Of a stretch of 64,000 bases of DNA, positions 1 to 8,925 are shown one piece after another; position 1 is the stretch's first letter; the number at the start of each line of letters is the position of its first letter. The DNA is from Escherichia coli (GTDB taxonomy: Bacteria; Pseudomonadota; Gammaproteobacteria; Enterobacterales; Enterobacteriaceae): the NCBI RefSeq assembly GCF_013122565.1, contig NZ_CP053258.1, one strand, 5' to 3'. A program made the translations under genes and the position numbers. The notes below the pieces were generated by a model. The model saw nothing but the letters and a program-made list of their open reading frames with translations. It had not been told where the DNA came from and made no database searches.

Positions 1-1125
1 CCATTATTGCTGGATGAACTGCTCGATCCAAACACTCTCTACCAGCCGACGGCGACCGATGCCTACCGTGATGAACTGCGCCAGTATTTGCTGCGCGTGC
101 CGGAAGATGACGAAGAACAACAGCTTGAGGCGCTGCGTCAGTTCAAACAGGCGCAGCTGTTACGCATTGCGGCAGCGGATATCGCCGGTACGCTACCGGT
201 GATGAAAGTGAGCGATCACTTAACCTGGCTGGCGGAAGCTATGATAGATGCCGTCGTTCAGCAGGCGTGGGTTCAAATGGTGGCCCGCTACGGTAAGCCA
301 AATCACCTCAACGAACGTGAAGGGCGCGGTTTTGCGGTGGTCGGCTACGGCAAGCTGGGCGGCTGGGAGTTAGGCTACAGCTCCGATCTTGACCTGATCT
401 TCCTCCATGATTGTCCAATGGATGCGATGACTGACGGCGAGCGGGAAATCGATGGGCGACAGTTTTATCTGCGTCTGGCGCAACGCATTATGCATCTGTT
501 CAGTACGCGTACCTCTTCCGGCATTTTGTATGAAGTAGATGCTCGACTGCGTCCGTCCGGGGCGGCGGGAATGCTGGTGACATCCGCAGAAGCATTTGCC
601 GATTATCAGAAAAACGAGGCCTGGACGTGGGAACATCAGGCGCTGGTGCGTGCGCGTGTAGTGTACGGCGATCCGCAGCTCACCGCGCACTTTGACGCGG
701 TGCGTCGCGAGATTATGACGCTGCCGCGTGAAGGTAAAACTCTGCAAACGGAAGTGCGGGAAATGCGCGAGAAAATGCGCGCTCATCTCGGCAATAAACA
801 TCGCGATCGCTTTGATATCAAAGCCGATGAAGGCGGAATTACCGATATCGAATTTATTACCCAATATCTGGTGTTGCGCTACGCTCATGAAAAACCGAAG
901 TTAACGCGCTGGTCAGACAACGTGCGCATTCTGGAACTACTGGCGCAAAACGACATTATGGAAGAGCAGGAAGCGATGGCGCTGACCCGTGCTTACACGA
1001 CGCTGCGCGATGAACTTCATCATCTTGCATTACAGGAATTGCCGGGCCATGTGTCGGAGGATTGCTTCACCGCAGAGCGTGAACTGGTGCGGGCAAGCTG
1101 GCAGAAGTGGCTGGTGGAAGAATGA
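1..1125 (+). CDS. glnE: Glutamine synthetase adenylyltransferase GlnE, C-terminal part; 5' end lies outside the window
   Basis: Open frame from position 1 to a stop at 1125; translation matches the GlnE nucleotidyltransferase C-terminal domain as remembered; followed directly by hldE as in E. coli. Confidence 0.9.
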   Translation, partial: PLLLDELLDPNTLYQPTATDAYRDELRQYLLRVPEDDEEQQLEALRQFKQAQLLRIAAADIAGTLPVMKVSDHLTWLAEAMIDAVVQQAWVQMVARYGKPNHLNEREGRGFAVVGYGKLGGWELGYSSDLDLIFLHDCPMDAMTDGEREIDGRQFYLRLAQRIMHLFSTRTSSGILYEVDARLRPSGAAGMLVTSAEAFADYQKNEAWTWEHQALVRARVVYGDPQLTAHFDAVRREIMTLPREGKTLQTEVREMREKMRAHLGNKHRDRFDIKADEGGITDIEFITQYLVLRYAHEKPKLTRWSDNVRILELLAQNDIMEEQEAMALTRAYTTLRDELHHLALQELPGHVSEDCFTAERELVRASWQKWLVEE

Positions 1126-1172
1126 AGTATGGTATTATCGCGCGCAAATTTTGAATCTCTCAGGAGACAGGA

Positions 1173-2606
1173 ATGAAAGTAACGCTGCCAGAGTTTGAAC
1201 GTGCAGGAGTGATGGTGGTTGGTGATGTGATGCTGGATCGTTATTGGTACGGTCCCACCAGCCGTATCTCGCCGGAAGCGCCGGTGCCCGTGGTTAAAGT
1301 GAATACCATCGAAGAACGTCCGGGCGGCGCGGCTAACGTGGCGATGAACATCGCTTCTCTCGGTGCTAATGCACGCCTGGTCGGGTTGACGGGCATTGAC
1401 GATGCAGCGCGTGCGCTGAGTAAATCTCTGGCCGACGTCAACGTCAAATGCGACTTCGTTTCTGTACCGACGCATCCGACCATCACCAAATTACGGGTAC
1501 TTTCCCGCAACCAACAGCTGATCCGTCTGGATTTTGAAGAAGGTTTCGAAGGTGTTGATCCGCAGCCGCTGCACGAGCGGATTAATCAGACGCTGAGTTC
1601 GATTGGCGCGCTGGTGCTTTCTGACTACGCCAAAGGTGCGCTGGCAAGCGTACAGCAGATGATCCAACTGGCGCGTAAAGCGGGCGTTCCGGTGCTGATT
1701 GATCCAAAAGGTACCGATTTTGAGCGCTACCGCGGCGCTACGCTGTTAACGCCGAATCTCTCGGAATTTGAAGCTGTTGTCGGTAAATGTAAGACCGAAG
1801 AAGAGATTGTTGAGCGCGGCATGAAACTGATTGCCGATTACGAACTCTCGGCTCTGTTAGTGACCCGTTCCGAACAGGGTATGTCGCTGCTTCAACCGGG
1901 TAAAGCGCCGCTGCATATGCCAACCCAGGCGCAGGAAGTGTATGACGTTACCGGCGCGGGCGACACGGTGATTGGCGTCCTGGCGGCAACGCTGGCAGCG
2001 GGTAATTCGCTGGAAGAAGCCTGCTTCTTTGCCAATGCGGCGGCAGGCGTGGTGGTCGGCAAACTGGGAACCTCCACGGTTTCGCCGATCGAGCTGGAAA
2101 ATGCTGTACGTGGACGTGCAGATACCGGCTTTGGCGTGATGACCGAAGAGGAACTGAAGCTGGCTGTAGCGGCAGCGCGTAAACGCGGTGAAAAAGTGGT
2201 GATGACCAATGGCGTCTTTGACATCCTGCACGCCGGGCACGTCTCTTATCTGGCAAATGCCCGTAAACTGGGTGACCGTTTGATTGTCGCCGTCAACAGC
2301 GATGCTTCCACCAAACGGCTGAAAGGGGATTCCCGCCCGGTAAACCCACTCGAACAGCGTATGATTGTGCTGGGCGCACTGGAAGCGGTCGACTGGGTAG
2401 TGTCGTTTGAAGAGGACACACCGCAGCGCTTGATCGCCGGGATCCTGCCAGACCTGCTGGTGAAAGGCGGCGATTATAAACCAGAAGAGATTGCCGGGAG
2501 TAAAGAAGTCTGGGCCAACGGCGGCGAAGTGTTGGTGCTCAACTTTGAAGACGGTTGCTCAACCACTAATATTATCAAGAAGATCCAACAGGATAAAAAA
2601 GGCTAA
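1173..2606 (+). CDS. hldE: Bifunctional D-glycero-beta-D-manno-heptose-7-phosphate kinase / heptose-1-phosphate adenylyltransferase
   Basis: 477-aa ORF; N-terminal ribokinase-like domain with GAGD motif, C-terminal cytidylyltransferase-like domain; ribosome-binding site GGAGA upstream. Confidence 0.95.
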   Translation: MKVTLPEFERAGVMVVGDVMLDRYWYGPTSRISPEAPVPVVKVNTIEERPGGAANVAMNIASLGANARLVGLTGIDDAARALSKSLADVNVKCDFVSVPTHPTITKLRVLSRNQQLIRLDFEEGFEGVDPQPLHERINQTLSSIGALVLSDYAKGALASVQQMIQLARKAGVPVLIDPKGTDFERYRGATLLTPNLSEFEAVVGKCKTEEEIVERGMKLIADYELSALLVTRSEQGMSLLQPGKAPLHMPTQAQEVYDVTGAGDTVIGVLAATLAAGNSLEEACFFANAAAGVVVGKLGTSTVSPIELENAVRGRADTGFGVMTEEELKLAVAAARKRGEKVVMTNGVFDILHAGHVSYLANARKLGDRLIVAVNSDASTKRLKGDSRPVNPLEQRMIVLGALEAVDWVVSFEEDTPQRLIAGILPDLLVKGGDYKPEEIAGSKEVWANGGEVLVLNFEDGCSTTNIIKKIQQDKKG

Positions 2607-2619
2607 CCGGAAAGCGGTT
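2593..2619 (-). terminator. Putative minus-strand intrinsic terminator (hairpin AACCG/CGGTT followed by a U-run) overlapping the hldE stop; candidate ibsD mRNA terminator
   Basis: Read on the minus strand: gaaccgctttccggtt then agccTTTTTT. Confidence 0.35.
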
Positions 2620-2686
2620 CACAGATCTCGCTTCGTAGCAGGCTGGCCTATTGACGCTGTTGTTTTTTCAACCTAAAGTAAAGGAA

Positions 2687-2834
2687 CAAGGGTAAGGGAG
2701 GATTTCTCCCCCCTCTGATGAGTTGTTAGTAAGTCGGGAAACTTAACAGTAACAACACAACCAGTATGATGACGAGCTTCATCATAACCCTTTCCTTCTA
2801 TAAGGCCCCTTCCTCGGGAGGGGCTTTCCCGTTT
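2687..2834 (+). ncRNA. sibD: Sib-type antisense sRNA (antitoxin of ibsD); ends approximate
   Basis: Sigma70-like promoter TTGACG (2651-2656), 17-bp spacer, TAAAGT (2674-2679); hairpin 2805-2824 followed by a weak T-tract; fully antisense to the 19-aa ibs ORF. Confidence 0.6.
2726..2785 (-). CDS. ibsD: Type I toxin Ibs family, 19-aa hydrophobic peptide MMKLVIILVVLLLLSFPTY
   Basis: Hand translation of the minus strand gives ATG ATG AAG CTC GTC ATC ATA CTG GTT GTG TTG TTA CTG TTA AGT TTC CCG ACT TAC TAA; AGGAAAGGG ribosome-binding site upstream; missing from the supplied ORF track because it is shorter than the length cutoff. Confidence 0.8.
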   Translation of the reverse strand: MMKLVIILVVLLLLSFPTY

Positions 2835-2976
2835 CAGCCCCTTGCTGACTCCCCGATTGTTGATGAGCGCCGGACCCCGCGCAACGCTTTCCCTGATGCA
2901 GTTTTCTCTTCCCCGAGTCGACTCGCAAAATGCTGCAACATCCTGATCATTTGCACTTTTTAGCGGAACGCAGATA

Positions 2977-3005
2977 TAAAAAATCCCCGGCTTTTTGGGC
3001 CAGGG
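2977..3005 (-). terminator. Minus-strand intrinsic terminator (CCCUGGC/GCCGGGG stem with G-U wobble, then U6), copy within repeat unit 1, downstream of ibsE
   Basis: Same motif as the terminator after yqiK. Confidence 0.45.
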
Positions 3006-3061
3006 ATATGTGTTAATGAAACCTTCTTGACGCTGATTTTTTTTCAACCTAAAGTAAAGGA

Positions 3062-3210
3062 ACAAGGGTAAGGGAGGATTTCTCCCCCCTCTGATTGGCT
3101 GTTAATAAGCTGCGAAACTTACGAGTAACAACACAATCAGTATGATGACGAGCTTCATCATAACCCTTTCCTTATACAAGGCCCCTTCTTCGGGAGGGGC
3201 TTTCCCGTTT
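3062..3210 (+). ncRNA. sibE: Sib-type antisense sRNA (antitoxin of ibsE); ends approximate
   Basis: Promoter TTGACG (3027-3032), 17-bp spacer, TAAAGT (3050-3055); hairpin 3181-3200 plus T-tract; antisense to ibsE. Confidence 0.6.
3102..3161 (-). CDS. ibsE: Type I toxin Ibs family, 19-aa peptide MMKLVIILIVLLLVSFAAY
   Basis: Hand translation of the minus strand gives ATG ATG AAG CTC GTC ATC ATA CTG ATT GTG TTG TTA CTC GTA AGT TTC GCA GCT TAT TAA. Confidence 0.8.
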   Translation of the reverse strand: MMKLVIILIVLLLVSFAAY

Positions 3211-3353
3211 CAGCCCCTTGCTGACTCCCCGATTGTTGATGAGCGCCGGACCCCGCGCAACGCTTTCCCTGAGGTAGTTTTGCCTTCCCCGAGCGGTCAC
3301 GCAAAATGCTGCAACAGCCCGATCATTTGCACTTTTTATCGGAACGCAGATAT

Positions 3354-3381
3354 AAAAAATCCCCGGCTTTTTGGGCCAGGG
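3354..3381 (-). terminator. Intrinsic terminator downstream of yqiK (minus strand)
   Basis: Minus-strand hairpin ccctggcccaaaaagccgggg followed by auuuuuu, 19 nt after the yqiK stop. Confidence 0.6.
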
Positions 3382-3399
3382 ACGTTCATAGCTGAAAAT

Positions 3400-5061
3400 T
3401 TATTCTACGTTTTCGGCGACGGGAGTTGTTGAGGTTAAGGGTGAAGTCAATGCCGCCAGTGAGCCGCCTGAAACGCCAATTTCATTGAGCAAGGAGTCAA
3501 TCAGCGGTGCCTGTGTGCGGTAAGAGAGAGCGGCTGATAATGCTTGTTCCGCCAGGTTTCCGCCCCCCACATTACCCGTGTTTGCATCACCCGCAGCGCT
3601 GCCACGATTCAGACCATCGACCTGAATAATCTTGATACCGTCAATAGATTTCATCGGCTCAACGGATTTTTCTATTACCGCAGGTAGCGCCTGCAACAAG
3701 GCCAGTTTGAATTTAAGGCTGGTTTGTTCATCAGAAAGTACGTTGATAGCATCGTTCAGCGCACGTTGTGCTTCTGCTTCCGCCAGACCCTTTTTACGTG
3801 TAGCTTCGGCTAACTCAACGATAGCCGCCGCCTGCATCTCTGCGGCTTCTTTTTCTGCTTTCGCCCGCACGGTCAGTTCAACCGCTTTGGTTTCTGCATC
3901 CTGCGCGGCAGCGATTAGGGCAACTTGTTTAGCACGATCGGCTTCGGCAGTCTGGCGAGTGGTTTCTACGTTTTGTTGGGCGCTTACCGCTTCTGCAAGT
4001 GCGAGATTAGCACGCGCTTCTGCCTGGGACTGTTGTTCCGATTTGGCGGCAATAGCGATCGATTTCGTCTGGTTAGCGATTTCGGTGACCTGCTGCTGTT
4101 CGATCTCTTTAATGCGAACTTCACGTTCAGCTTCAACCTTTCTTGAGCGGACGGCCTGTTCGCGGTCGATTTCTGTTTCCTGAATCTGTCGTTCAGCCAG
4201 AATTCGTGTCTGCTCTGCTTCACGACGACGTTCAGCTTCAAAAGCCGCAATACGTGCATTCTGTTCGGCAGTACGGGTTTTAACCTGCTGCTCCTGCTCA
4301 AGCGTCATAAACGCTTCTTGCTGTTCAATCTCCAGCTTGCGCGATAGCGCATCGCGATTTTTTTCACGCACCGCAACTTCTACATCCTGTTCAACTTCGT
4401 TACGTTCGCGGCGACGGCGCTCTGTTTCCTGAGTCAGTTTGGTTAAACCTTCGGCGTCAAAGGCATTGTTCGGATTGAAATGTTCTTTCGAGGTCTGGTT
4501 AAAGTTGGTAAGTGAAACGCTCTCCAGTTCCAGACCGTTTTTCGACAGGTCTTCTGCCACTGTATTTTGCACCCCCTGCACGAAGTTCTCGCGGGTATCC
4601 TGTAACTCATGCATGGTCATTTGCGCAGCTGTTGCACGGAGGGCATCGACAAATTTATCTTCAACCAACATACGTAAGTCTTCAGGCGACAGGGTGCGTT
4701 GCCCCAGCGTCTGGGCAGCGGTGGCAATCCCTTCTACTGAAGGTTTTACCCGCACAAAGAAAGCGACTACTACATCGACGCGCATACGATCTTTCGTAAT
4801 CAGGCTATCAATAGTTGAGCGGCTGACTTCCAGCTTCAGAGTATTCATATTGATGGGGATTATTTCATGAAAGATCGGCATCACGATTGCGCCACCGCTC
4901 ATTACCACTTTTTGCCCCCCTAAGCCGGTACGGACAAATGCTTGCTCTGCCGAAGCGCGACGATAGAGCCTGGCGAAAATAATTCCAATAATAAACAGAA
5001 TGCATACGGCAATAATCGCGGTAAACATCCAGGAGGGCACAGAATTAGCAATATCATCCAT
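3400..5061 (-). CDS. yqiK: Flotillin-like SPFH/band-7 membrane protein
   Basis: 553-aa ORF; N-terminal transmembrane segment, SPFH domain, long Ala/Glu/Gln-rich coiled-coil region. Confidence 0.9.
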   Translation of the reverse strand: MDDIANSVPSWMFTAIIAVCILFIIGIIFARLYRRASAEQAFVRTGLGGQKVVMSGGAIVMPIFHEIIPINMNTLKLEVSRSTIDSLITKDRMRVDVVVAFFVRVKPSVEGIATAAQTLGQRTLSPEDLRMLVEDKFVDALRATAAQMTMHELQDTRENFVQGVQNTVAEDLSKNGLELESVSLTNFNQTSKEHFNPNNAFDAEGLTKLTQETERRRRERNEVEQDVEVAVREKNRDALSRKLEIEQQEAFMTLEQEQQVKTRTAEQNARIAAFEAERRREAEQTRILAERQIQETEIDREQAVRSRKVEAEREVRIKEIEQQQVTEIANQTKSIAIAAKSEQQSQAEARANLALAEAVSAQQNVETTRQTAEADRAKQVALIAAAQDAETKAVELTVRAKAEKEAAEMQAAAIVELAEATRKKGLAEAEAQRALNDAINVLSDEQTSLKFKLALLQALPAVIEKSVEPMKSIDGIKIIQVDGLNRGSAAGDANTGNVGGGNLAEQALSAALSYRTQAPLIDSLLNEIGVSGGSLAALTSPLTSTTPVAENVE

Positions 5062-5087
5062 TATTAAATTTCCTTTTGATTAATAAA

Positions 5088-5717
5088 TTACAATATTTGG
5101 GGCCAGGGATTGTTTTCCGCCAAATATCGAGTTGCAGAAAGTCGGCAAATAATTAACACTTTGTCTCCTTTAGTGAAAATTTTTCCTTCTTCAGGCTCCA
5201 GTAGTAAATAATGTATTTGGCCAAATTGATCGGTGAGTTTTCCTTCGCAGGGATTACCTGAAGTGGCTTGATGACCGGTAATTAACGCCATGCTACCAAT
5301 ATATTCTTCTTCTGTAATAGCTGAACTATGATCGCGTGGAATCCAGGGCGCAACTATTTTACCGGTATAATGCACCGCAATAATCGTAAATAGTAAACTG
5401 ACAGGAACCACAAACAGGTTCGAGAGTGGTGATTGCCAGACCATGATGCAGGTATGCTGCAACAGGATGCCAATAAGACCAAAAAAACCAGCCAGTAAGC
5501 AAAGAACGACGAGAGCTGGCAATCTTCCGATATTGAGATAATGAAGTGCCTGGCTAATATGACCTGTGGTTATGGAATCATAATGGTCAAGATGTGCATC
5601 AAGTGCACCGGAGAGCATGTGACCGCAGATAAGCGCAAAAATTTCTAAAAGGCCGATCAACAGTACAAAGGAAATAGCGAAAAGATAAGGGGTGTTATAG
5701 TCGGCGAATAAAATCAT
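5088..5717 (-). CDS. yqiJ: NfeD-like inner membrane protein, partner of YqiK
   Basis: 209-aa polytopic hydrophobic ORF immediately upstream of yqiK on the same strand. Confidence 0.85.
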   Translation of the reverse strand: MILFADYNTPYLFAISFVLLIGLLEIFALICGHMLSGALDAHLDHYDSITTGHISQALHYLNIGRLPALVVLCLLAGFFGLIGILLQHTCIMVWQSPLSNLFVVPVSLLFTIIAVHYTGKIVAPWIPRDHSSAITEEEYIGSMALITGHQATSGNPCEGKLTDQFGQIHYLLLEPEEGKIFTKGDKVLIICRLSATRYLAENNPWPQIL

Positions 5718-5985
5718 ATGTCACTCCAATGTCCATTTAGTGACGCAATATTTACTTTGGGATAGTTTCCTTGCTTACATTTATCTTTGTTAATAATAAC
5801 ACATGTTAGAGAAGTTCTGGAAGAAAAAGTCTTTTAATATGGTTTTTTATTTTTCACTAAAAAGTGTGATCGGGGACAATATATTTACGCACGTTATGTT
5901 TAAAGGCACTACACTGATTGGGGAATACTGAAATCAGAAAAAGCATATGGCCTTAAAAGGTATGCGATAACCGGAGGATGTGCTT

Positions 5986-6186
5986 ATGGATCATAGTCTT
6001 AATTCTTTAAATAACTTCGATTTCCTGGCGCGTAGTTTTGCCAGAATGCACGCAGAAGGTCGCCCGGTCGATATTCTGGCCGTTACTGGTAACATGGATG
6101 AAGAACATAGAACCTGGTTTTGCGCACGTTATGCCTGGTATTGCCAACAGATGATGCAAACCAGAGAACTTGAATTAGAACACTGA
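5986..6186 (+). CDS. glgS: Glycogen synthesis / surface-composition regulator GlgS (66 aa)
   Basis: Translation [66 protein letters not shown]; long AT-rich upstream region. Confidence 0.9.
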
Positions 6187-6190
6187 TATT

Positions 6191-6213
6191 ACGGGCCGTC
6201 TGGCCCGTTTTTG
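6191..6213. terminator. Terminator hairpin (CGGGCC gtct GGCCCG + T-run) in the convergent glgS/ubiK junction
   Basis: Perfect 6-bp GC stem followed by TTTTT; sits between the stop codons of convergent genes. Confidence 0.6.
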
Positions 6214-6220
6214 TGTTGCT

Positions 6221-6520
6221 TTATTCTGCTTTATCAATAGGCGGGATAGCCGGAGGAGATTGAAGATCTGCTACCGAATTATTGCGCGCTTCCAGTTCAC
6301 TGATGCGTTGCTCCAGTAACGCCAGTTTCTCACGAGTCCGTAACAGGACTTGCGTTTGGACGTCGAACTCTTCACGGCTTACAAGGTCGAGGCGCGTCAG
6401 CTGCGCTTGTAGGGTTTGGCGGATTTTTTTCTCCACATCTTCCCCGAACTCCCTGATTCCTTTAGGCATTGATTCGTGAACCTGGCGAGCGATTTGCTCA
6501 ATTTTTTTCGGGTCAATCAT
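6221..6520 (-). CDS. ubiK: Ubiquinone biosynthesis accessory factor UbiK (YqiC, BMFP family)
   Basis: ORF 6221-6580; start placed at internal Met ([13 protein letters not shown]...) to give ~99 aa; coiled-coil protein. Confidence 0.8.
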   Translation of the reverse strand: MIDPKKIEQIARQVHESMPKGIREFGEDVEKKIRQTLQAQLTRLDLVSREEFDVQTQVLLRTREKLALLEQRISELEARNNSVADLQSPPAIPPIDKAE

Positions 6521-6606
6521 TGTAGTTTCCCTGTACTGATAGGTGTTGAGTGCCATTGTAGTGCGATAAGGGTAAGTCATAAACCAGAATTATGTGAAGC
6601 TATGCG

Positions 6607-6635
6607 TTGCTGCCGCTAATCATTAGCGTTATAGT
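6607..6635 (+). promoter_or_regulatory. Putative ribB promoter (-35 TTGCTG, 17-bp spacer, -10 TATAGT)
   Basis: Hexamers with canonical spacing just upstream of the riboswitch aptamer. Confidence 0.5.
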
Positions 6636-6644
6636 GAATCCGCT

Positions 6645-6795
6645 TATTCTCAGGGCGGGGCGAAATTCCCCACCGGCGGTAAATCAACTTGGTTGAAAGC
6701 CCGCGAGCGCTTTGAGTGCGAACTCAAAGGACAGCAGATCCGGTGTAATTCCGGGGCCGACGGTTAGAGTCCGGATGGGAGAGAGTAACGATTCT
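6645..6795 (+). promoter_or_regulatory. FMN riboswitch (RFN element) in the ribB leader; boundaries approximate
   Basis: Conserved RFN core: GGGCGGGGCGAAATTCCCCACCGGCGGTAAA...CCGGGGCCGACGGTTAGAGTCCGGATGGGAGAG upstream of ribB. Confidence 0.85.
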
Positions 6796-6893
6796 GTCGG
6801 GCATGGACCCGCTCACGTTATTTTGGCTATATGCCGCCACTCCTAAGACTGCCCTGATTCTGGTAACCATAATTTTAGTGAGGTTTTTTTACC

Positions 6894-7547
6894 ATGAATC
6901 AGACGCTACTTTCCTCTTTTGGTACGCCTTTCGAACGTGTTGAAAATGCACTGGCTGCGCTGCGTGAAGGACGCGGTGTAATGGTGCTTGATGATGAAGA
7001 CCGTGAAAACGAAGGTGATATGATCTTCCCGGCAGAAACCATGACTGTTGAGCAGATGGCGCTGACCATTCGCCACGGTAGCGGTATTGTTTGCCTGTGC
7101 ATTACTGAAGATCGCCGTAAACAACTTGATCTGCCAATGATGGTAGAAAATAACACCAGCGCCTATGGCACCGGTTTTACCGTGACCATTGAAGCGGCTG
7201 AAGGTGTGACTACCGGTGTTTCTGCCGCTGACCGTATTACGACCGTTCGCGCAGCGATTGCCGATGGCGCAAAACCTTCTGATCTGAATCGCCCTGGCCA
7301 CGTTTTCCCACTTCGCGCGCAGGCAGGTGGTGTACTGACGCGTGGCGGTCATACTGAAGCGACTATTGATCTGATGACGCTGGCAGGCTTTAAACCGGCT
7401 GGTGTGCTGTGTGAGCTGACTAATGACGATGGCACGATGGCGCGTGCACCAGAGTGCATTGAGTTTGCCAATAAACACAATATGGCGCTCGTGACTATTG
7501 AAGACCTGGTGGCATACCGTCAGGCACATGAGCGTAAAGCCAGCTGA
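6894..7547 (+). CDS. ribB: 3,4-dihydroxy-2-butanone 4-phosphate synthase
   Basis: 217-aa ORF matching RibB as remembered ([17 protein letters not shown]). Confidence 0.95.
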   Translation: MNQTLLSSFGTPFERVENALAALREGRGVMVLDDEDRENEGDMIFPAETMTVEQMALTIRHGSGIVCLCITEDRRKQLDLPMMVENNTSAYGTGFTVTIEAAEGVTTGVSAADRITTVRAAIADGAKPSDLNRPGHVFPLRAQAGGVLTRGGHTEATIDLMTLAGFKPAGVLCELTNDDGTMARAPECIEFANKHNMALVTIEDLVAYRQAHERKAS

Positions 7548-7580
7548 AAACCGCTGCTTAATTTACTGCCTTAATCAAGA

Positions 7581-7614
7581 AACCGAAGTTGTAGCAGGCT
7601 TCGGTTTTTATTTT
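7581..7614 (+). terminator. Intrinsic terminator after ribB
   Basis: Stem AACCGAAG / CTTCGGTT followed by TTTTTATTTT. Confidence 0.7.
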
Positions 7615-7808
7615 GCCCTGCTATGCAAGATGTTAATTCCGCTTCTCTTTCTATGAGAAAATTTCATTAATATCAGGCATTCTTTTTCATTATGATCAAA
7701 ATCATATAATTGTTCCGTTATTATGCGACCATATGAATATATCCGAAAAAGGATATGTGAAATTTATGCGCTAAATGTTTAGTATTGTTAAATATTAAGG
7801 GTAAAAGG

Positions 7809-7979
7809 ATGTTTATCGCCTGGTACTGGATTGTATTGATTGCTCTGGTTGTGGTGGGTTATTTCCTGCATTTGAAACGTTATTGTCGGGCGTTTCGCCA
7901 GGACAGAGACGCACTGCTTGAAGCGCGGAACAAATACTTAAACAGTACGAGAGAAGAGACAGCTGAAAAGGTAGAATAA
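7809..7979 (+). CDS. Small hypothetical membrane protein (~56 aa): one transmembrane helix plus a charged tail
   Basis: ATG with AAGGG ribosome-binding site; translation MFIAWYWIVLIALVVVGYFLHLKRYCRAFRQDRDALLEARNKYLNSTREETAEKVE; AT-rich upstream region. Confidence 0.4.
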   Translation: MFIAWYWIVLIALVVVGYFLHLKRYCRAFRQDRDALLEARNKYLNSTREETAEKVE

Positions 7980-8036
7980 GGCTTTCGTGAAGCTGGCAGA
8001 AGTTGTCCATGCGCTGGACAACTTCTGATGTTGTTT

Positions 8037-8810
8037 TTAACCAATTCCCGCCGTTTGTAGTAGCACTAAACTGAATCCCATCACTGACATTCCACATAGT
8101 ACGCCATAGCTGGGGTTATTATTAGGGTCAATCTCTTTGGCGAGCGGCATTAATTCATCAACCGAGAGCGCCACCATAATTCCTGCAACCGCCGCCATGA
8201 TTGCCGCCATGACCACCGGGGAAATCATGCTACCGAGGATTAACCACGCCAGCACACCACCAAGAATTTCTGCCAATCCAGAAATCCCCGCCCACAGAAT
8301 TGCCGTGCGTTTAGAACCCGTTGCTGCATAAACCGGGCCTGCAACCGCCAGACCTTCAGGAATATTGTGCAACGCGACGGCCAGTGCGATGCCAAATCCC
8401 AGCTCCAGGTTGCTGCTCGCCGTGACAAAGGTGGCAATCCCTTCCGGGAAGTTATGCAGACTGATGCCGAGAGTGAGCAGAATGGCTGTGCGCTTGATCG
8501 ATTTTGGCAACGGCTGCACCGATTTTTGCATTAAATCCTGCGGATGCGCATGTGGCAACATGCGGTCCAGGCCAAAATAGCCAAGCAGACCGAAGATAAA
8601 CATTCCATAACCCAACACAGGCGACATTCCTTCAGCGGCTAGTGCGGCAGGAAGCATTTCCATTAATGAGATGAGCAACATGATCCCCGCCGCAAATCCT
8701 AGCGAAAACGCCAGTAAGCGGTTCGAGGGTTTTTGCCCGAGAACGCCGAGAAACGCGCCAATAAACGTGGCTGCCCCCGCCAGTATGGTCAGAATGAGAG
8801 GTACTGACAT
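8037..8810 (-). CDS. zupT: Zinc transporter ZupT (ZIP family)
   Basis: ORF 8037-8852; start placed at [12 protein letters not shown] (257 aa); ZIP-family HNxPEG motifs. Confidence 0.9.
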
Positions 8811-8925
8811 CGACAACTCCTTATAAATCTTCACCTTCAGGCAGATTGTCAAAATAACTGATGATCATCATCATTGTTATCCGGGTTCTTACTCCGCCGA
8901 ACAAGCGTATTGTGAGGATATCAAA

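Larger units (their letters stand above)
2651..3400. repeat. Two tandem ~375-bp direct repeat units (about 2651-3027 and 3028-3400), each carrying one ibs/sib locus
   Basis: Near-identical sequence blocks starting ttgacgctg...ttttttcaacctaaagtaaaggaacaagggtaagggagg and ending ...aaaaaatccccggctttttgggccaggg. Confidence 0.9.

Noticed and set aside
2651-3400. Possible CRISPR array, given the repeated sequence blocks
   Set aside because: Only two long (~375-bp) units with no short repeat-spacer periodicity and no cas genes nearby; it is a tandem duplication of a toxin-antitoxin locus.
2766-3432. Plus-strand ORFs of 65 and 96 aa (2766-2963 and 3142-3432) with near-identical translations
   Set aside because: They arise from the tandem sib/ibs repeat and run through terminator hairpins and promoter elements. 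The real coding content is the 19-aa ibs ORF on the opposite strand, and the plus strand here is better explained as the Sib antisense RNA.
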